Source: a virus
DNA length: 64,000 nt
Virus record (IMG/VR): IMGVR_UViG_3300009374_000001
Span: 11,248-75,247 of that record
Strand: one strand, 5' to 3'
The notes under the pieces were generated by a model, which did not search any database, was not told where the DNA came from, and was given only the letters and a program-made list of their open reading frames with translations. Positions 60,255 through 64,000 of this stretch are shown here, piece by piece (position 1 is the stretch's first letter; each line of letters begins with the position of its first letter). The translations under genes were made by a program, and so were the position numbers.

Positions 60255-62144
60255 ATGTTGAATAATACAGGTCTTTTAATTCTTGAGAGAAGTGACAATC
60301 CACTAAGTAAATCAGATGAATATATTCTTAGCGGAGTTTTTGGTCAAATTGGCATTAAGAATAAGAATAATAGAATTTATGACAAGAAGGAGCTATTGCC
60401 ACAGATAGAAGCTTTACAGAATAAAATTAAAGCAAGAACACTTTTAGGTGAACTTGATCATCCAGAAAAGTTTGATGTTAGTTTATCGAAGGTCTCTCAT
60501 ATGATTGAAGAACTAATATATGAAGAAGATTCTGGTTTAGTTAAAGGTAGATTAAGACTGTTAGATACTAGTGCAGGCAAAGAAGCCAAAGCATTAGTTG
60601 ATGCTGGCATCCCAATTCATATTTCAAGTAGAGCCGCTGGTTCTGTAAAAGAAAATGGCCATGTTCAAATTGAAAAACTTTTTACATATGATTTAGTTGC
60701 AGATCCTGGTTTTGAAAATGCACAACTTAAAAGGGTTAATGAATCATTAGGTTTTGATAATGATTCAAATGTTCAAATCTTTGAAGTTCAAGGTTATGAT
60801 GAAGCAATAAAAGAAACTGAGGTTACTTCTACACCAGAAGCAGTTAAAGTTGAAGATTTTAACAAGTATTCAAAATATCTTTCATCTGAGCTTAACAAGA
60901 TTAAAGATACAATAAAAGAACCAATTAAGGAAGATAAAAAACCAGAAGAAACTTTAAAATATGTACAGTATTTAGCAGAAACTCTTGACAAGGTTATTTC
61001 ACATAATGACTATCTTGTAAAGAATTTAAATAATACTGTTGCATATACAGAATATCTTGGTGAAAATCTTGATAGCAATATACAATATGCCGAGCATGTT
61101 GCAAAGTCTACTAAAGAAGTTACAGAGTATTCAAATTATCTTGGTGAAAACTTAGAAAATACCCAAGAATACACAAATTATTTAGGTGAAAACATCAGTA
61201 AAGTTATTGATTATGCAGAATATCTTAAAGAAAATTTAGAAACTGTTGGAGATTACTCAGATTATATTGGACTTTCAATTGATGAAATTAGACAGAAGTT
61301 TAATGAAGATCATGATGAATTGGAAGAACTTGATGAAGAACTTGATTTAGAAATAATTGAGGAAGATGAAACAGAAGACATTGAAGATGAAACTGCTGAT
61401 TTAGTCGAACCTGAAGAAGCTGAAGAAGTAGAAGAAGCTGAAGAAGTAGAAGAAGTAGAAGAAGCTGAAGAAACAGAAGACATCGAAGAAGCTGAAGAGC
61501 TTCAAGCTGAAGAACTCGATTTAGAAATAATTGAGGAAGAAAAGCCAGAAGAAGATTTTTATGAAAATGAAAAAATTAAAAGAGTTAAAGACTCTAAACA
61601 GATTATAGCAAAAAATTATAAATCTGAAATAGCTGAAAAGCTAGAAGAATTAGTAAATGCTGCTCATAAACAAACAGCAGCGACTGACGAAGGTGATCTA
61701 CACTTCTTAAAATTCGTAGGTCAAGAAAAACGCAATGAATTTGATTCTCTTTCAGATGATAATAAAGCAAGATTAGTTAAAGTTTTTGAAAGCAAAAACT
61801 ATACTAACGAGAGCGATGTTATTACTGAATGGAATAACGAGTTCGATGAAAACAAAGATACTGAGCCTAAGTTCGTTAAGCTTATGCCAAGTGAATATAA
61901 AGAAGAATGGGAATCATTAACTGAAGAACATCAAAATCTTATATATGCACAAGCTACGCATTTCAATTTAAATTCTCAATATCAAATTGACAGTTTTTGG
62001 CAAGGCAGAAACATGAAAGCTAGAAAAGTTGTTTTAGAAAAGCTTGAAAGCAAGAAAGTTGATGCTCCGAAAGTTAAAAAACTGGTTGAAGAATCTTACT
62101 TGGATGGTTTCCAAAAGAATCTCGCAATGCGTTTTAAAAAATAA
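60255..62144 (+). CDS. Prohead protease (gp21-like) fused to a scaffold/core region
   Basis: NKNNRIY, LGELDHP, ISSRAAG and YDLVADPG, followed by 14-aa YxxYLxEN repeats and a Glu-rich tract. Confidence 0.88.
   Translation: MLNNTGLLILERSDNPLSKSDEYILSGVFGQIGIKNKNNRIYDKKELLPQIEALQNKIKARTLLGELDHPEKFDVSLSKVSHMIEELIYEEDSGLVKGRLRLLDTSAGKEAKALVDAGIPIHISSRAAGSVKENGHVQIEKLFTYDLVADPGFENAQLKRVNESLGFDNDSNVQIFEVQGYDEAIKETEVTSTPEAVKVEDFNKYSKYLSSELNKIKDTIKEPIKEDKKPEETLKYVQYLAETLDKVISHNDYLVKNLNNTVAYTEYLGENLDSNIQYAEHVAKSTKEVTEYSNYLGENLENTQEYTNYLGENISKVIDYAEYLKENLETVGDYSDYIGLSIDEIRQKFNEDHDELEELDEELDLEIIEEDETEDIEDETADLVEPEEAEEVEEAEEVEEVEEAEETEDIEEAEELQAEELDLEIIEEEKPEEDFYENEKIKRVKDSKQIIAKNYKSEIAEKLEELVNAAHKQTAATDEGDLHFLKFVGQEKRNEFDSLSDDNKARLVKVFESKNYTNESDVITEWNNEFDENKDTEPKFVKLMPSEYKEEWESLTEEHQNLIYAQATHFNLNSQYQIDSFWQGRNMKARKVVLEKLESKKVDAPKVKKLVEESYLDGFQKNLAMRFKK
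60960..61270 (+). repeat. 14-aa (42-nt) coding repeat, about 8 units
   Basis: YVQYLAETLDKVIS / YTEYLGENLDSNIQ / YSNYLGENLENTQE / YTNYLGENISKVID / YAEYLKENLETVGD and others. Confidence 0.8.
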
Positions 62145-62162
62145 AATAAAGACAATAATATT

Positions 62163-63509
62163 ATGAAACATATTAATGAAGCTGAAATTCGTGCTACATG
62201 GGCACCTGTTATTGAATCAGCAACTGGCATCAATGAAGATGCTAAATTGAGCTGGATGTCAGAATATTGTCATTATCATAAGCTATATGAAGATACCCTA
62301 CATTTAGATCCTAACATGAGCCTTAGTGGTATGGGTGATGTTGTTTTACCTGTTCAAGGTGGAGCAGATGGTTCTGGAGATAAAGCTCCAACACTTCTTC
62401 CATTAGCTATGCAAGTCGCTGCTCAAACGATTGGTTTGGACTTAGTTCCAGTTGTACCAATGAGCGGTCCTATGGGATTACTCTCATACTTAGACTTTAT
62501 TTATGATGGTGGTAAAAGACCTTGGTTTGTAAAATCTGCACTTGCAGCAGAAGGAAATGATGAAGTAGTTGGTACAAGTCGTATCGATGGAAAAAACATT
62601 ATTAAAATCGTTGATGCAATTGCTGATGGCGAAACTGCTGCAGACCGTTATGCTGATGCTGAAGCTGTAAAAGCTTTAGAAGATCACATTGCTGGTTTCT
62701 CAGGTCAAGCTGACGGAAATCCTTATTCAAGAGGTGCTGGTGAATCTACAGATTCTAAAGTTATGGGTCTTTCATTGTTTAACAAATCAGTAGCTGCTGA
62801 AACATTTCAGGTTGCTGCTGCTGTTACTCGTGAACAAGTACAAGATTTGAAACAATACGGTATTGATGCTGTTGCTCAAGTTGAAACTGTTCTAACTAAT
62901 GAAATCACTCAATCTATCAACAAACATATCCTTGGTCGTTTATTTGATCATGGTTCAGCTAATGCTGCTGCTGCTGGTTATCTAGTAGGTGGGGATGCTG
63001 CTGGTGTTGATACATTCGCTTTGAGTTCTACATTCACAGGTGGACAAACTGAAGGTTCTGAAGCAAGAAGACTTCTTTCTGCTGTTTTAGCTGCTGCTAA
63101 CATTATCGCTTTACGCGGTCGTAGAGGTGCAGGTAACTTCGCAGTTGTAGATGGTAAAACTGCTACAGTATTACAATCAGTTGCTGGTTTCCAAGCATAT
63201 CCAATGCAAAATGCAATCGGTCAAGCTGCTGGATCTTTATTCCCAGTTGGTTCTGTTGCAGGTGTTAACGTTTACACTGACCCTAACATGGCTTGGGGTG
63301 ATGGTAGAATCTGTGTTGGTATGAAAGGTGACGGAAATGGCCCAGGTGTTGTTTTCATGCCTTACTTAATGGCTGAATCTGTTCAAACTATTGCTGAAGG
63401 GACAATGGCTCCGAAAGTTGCTGTTAAATCTCGGTACGCATTAGTTGATGCAGGATTCCATCCTGAAACTATGTATTACACATTTAAAGCTACTGGCGTA
63501 AGTCTATAG
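62163..63509 (+). CDS. Major capsid protein, gp23-like
   Basis: VPVVPMSGPMG, EQVQDLK, LTNEITQSIN, VFMPY and PKVAVKSRYAL. Confidence 0.92.
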   Translation: MKHINEAEIRATWAPVIESATGINEDAKLSWMSEYCHYHKLYEDTLHLDPNMSLSGMGDVVLPVQGGADGSGDKAPTLLPLAMQVAAQTIGLDLVPVVPMSGPMGLLSYLDFIYDGGKRPWFVKSALAAEGNDEVVGTSRIDGKNIIKIVDAIADGETAADRYADAEAVKALEDHIAGFSGQADGNPYSRGAGESTDSKVMGLSLFNKSVAAETFQVAAAVTREQVQDLKQYGIDAVAQVETVLTNEITQSINKHILGRLFDHGSANAAAAGYLVGGDAAGVDTFALSSTFTGGQTEGSEARRLLSAVLAAANIIALRGRRGAGNFAVVDGKTATVLQSVAGFQAYPMQNAIGQAAGSLFPVGSVAGVNVYTDPNMAWGDGRICVGMKGDGNGPGVVFMPYLMAESVQTIAEGTMAPKVAVKSRYALVDAGFHPETMYYTFKATGVSL

Positions 63510-63536
63510 ACTTTAAATAGTAACGCAAACACTCTT

Positions 63537-63570
63537 AAATGGCCTTCTTAATTGAGGGCCATTTTTGTTT
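63537..63570 (+). terminator. Rho-independent terminator after the capsid gene
   Basis: aaatggccttc-ttaatt-gagggccattt hairpin followed by a T-run. Confidence 0.8.
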
Positions 63571-63590
63571 AAACTTTTCACTTTTTTCCA

Positions 63591-63611
63591 TATAAATATA
63601 TGATATATAAT
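63591..63611 (+). promoter_or_regulatory. Candidate late promoter(s)
   Basis: TATAAATA (T4 late consensus) at 63591 and GATATATAAT at 63602. Confidence 0.45.
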
Positions 63612-63643
63612 TAAAATAACATTAAAAATTAAAAGACATTCTA

Positions 63644-64000
63644 ATGAATATTAAACAAATAGATTTTTATCTTAAAACAATGAATGAATCAAATCAAGAA
63701 GTTTCTTTTGATAATTTTTCAAAAACAGAATTAAGCGAGGGTATTAATGAAGGATTATTTAACTCATATTTGAAGTTTAAAAACAATATAGGTATTGTAT
63801 CGTTAAACGAATATCAAGAAATTAAGAACTTTGCTGAATTTTCAAAAGATTTTACAGTTGAAGAAACTGAAGATCTTGATGAAGAATTAGATTTAGAAAT
63901 AATTGAGGAAGATGAAGCAGAAGACATTGAAGATGAGATTATTGATTTAGGCGAACCTGAAGAAGTAGAAGAAGCTGAAGAAACAGAAGAAGCTGAAGAA
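63644..64000 (+). CDS. Acidic prohead-core-like protein (3' truncated by the window; absent from the ORF track)
   Basis: Hand translation MNIKQIDFYLKTMNE...EIKNFAEF...DLDEELDLEIIEEDEAEDIEDE; open to the window end. Confidence 0.65.
   Translation, partial: MNIKQIDFYLKTMNESNQEVSFDNFSKTELSEGINEGLFNSYLKFKNNIGIVSLNEYQEIKNFAEFSKDFTVEETEDLDEELDLEIIEEDEAEDIEDEIIDLGEPEEVEEAEETEEAEE

Noticed and set aside
44-60991. Numerous minus-strand and nested short ORFs in the track
   Set aside because: All lie antisense to or inside long motif-bearing + strand genes and have shadow-like Ser/Leu/Ile/Phe-rich composition.
61329-61540. GAAGAA-rich repeats as a CRISPR array or non-coding repeat (also 31415-31490)
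   Set aside because: They are in-frame Glu-rich coding repeats with no constant repeat and unique spacer structure; no cas genes are seen.
1-64000. Stop-codon reassignment as in some large phages
   Set aside because: Core genes are full length in the standard code; TAG ends portal and capsid genes at the expected positions, and TGA also terminates genes.
1-64000. tRNA or structured ncRNA genes
   Set aside because: Intergenic gaps are short and AT-rich, with no cloverleaf or T-loop signature seen by eye; tRNAscan/Infernal would be needed to exclude them fully.
1-64000. Firm host assignment to Bacteroidota
   Set aside because: The Hc1-like gene and SD-less leaders hint at it, but several genes (portal, polymerase, uvsX) have AAGGA-type SD sequences; the evidence is insufficient.

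Overview
AT-rich, essentially single-strand (+) segment of a large T4-like (myovirus-type, probably jumbo) phage genome in the standard genetic code. Order: ribosomal protein S1-like and amidoligase-like genes; a neck/baseplate/tail-fibre block (2.4-25 kb); RuvC-like resolvase, SSB, primase, UvsY and UvsW; a ~10 kb accessory cluster (31.2-41.6 kb); holin, dUTPase, class II RNR, a split family-B DNA polymerase interrupted by a histone H1-like gene and a sliding clamp, a ClpP remnant, UvsX, gp41 helicase and gp47/gp46; then gp15, gp55 sigma, gp4, gp2, portal, a fused prohead protease-scaffold and the major capsid protein. The main finding is that nearly every accessory-cluster protein, and several scattered small genes, start with one of two short leaders. 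One resembles the T4 internal-protein capsid-targeting sequence (K-[ST]-[FY]-x-x-[FY]) and the other is a helical 'ELRKLIREEI' type. Most end in a [LIVM]-x-E prohead-protease-type site. The tagged cargo includes ligase-fold proteins, two Pol-beta-type nucleotidyltransferases, a HIGH nucleotidyltransferase, a DEDDh exonuclease, two HExxH peptidases, a PD-(D/E)xK-like nuclease and a glycine-zipper protein. This suggests a modular, head-packaged and injected enzyme payload. All assignments come from motif recognition by eye; no searches were run.
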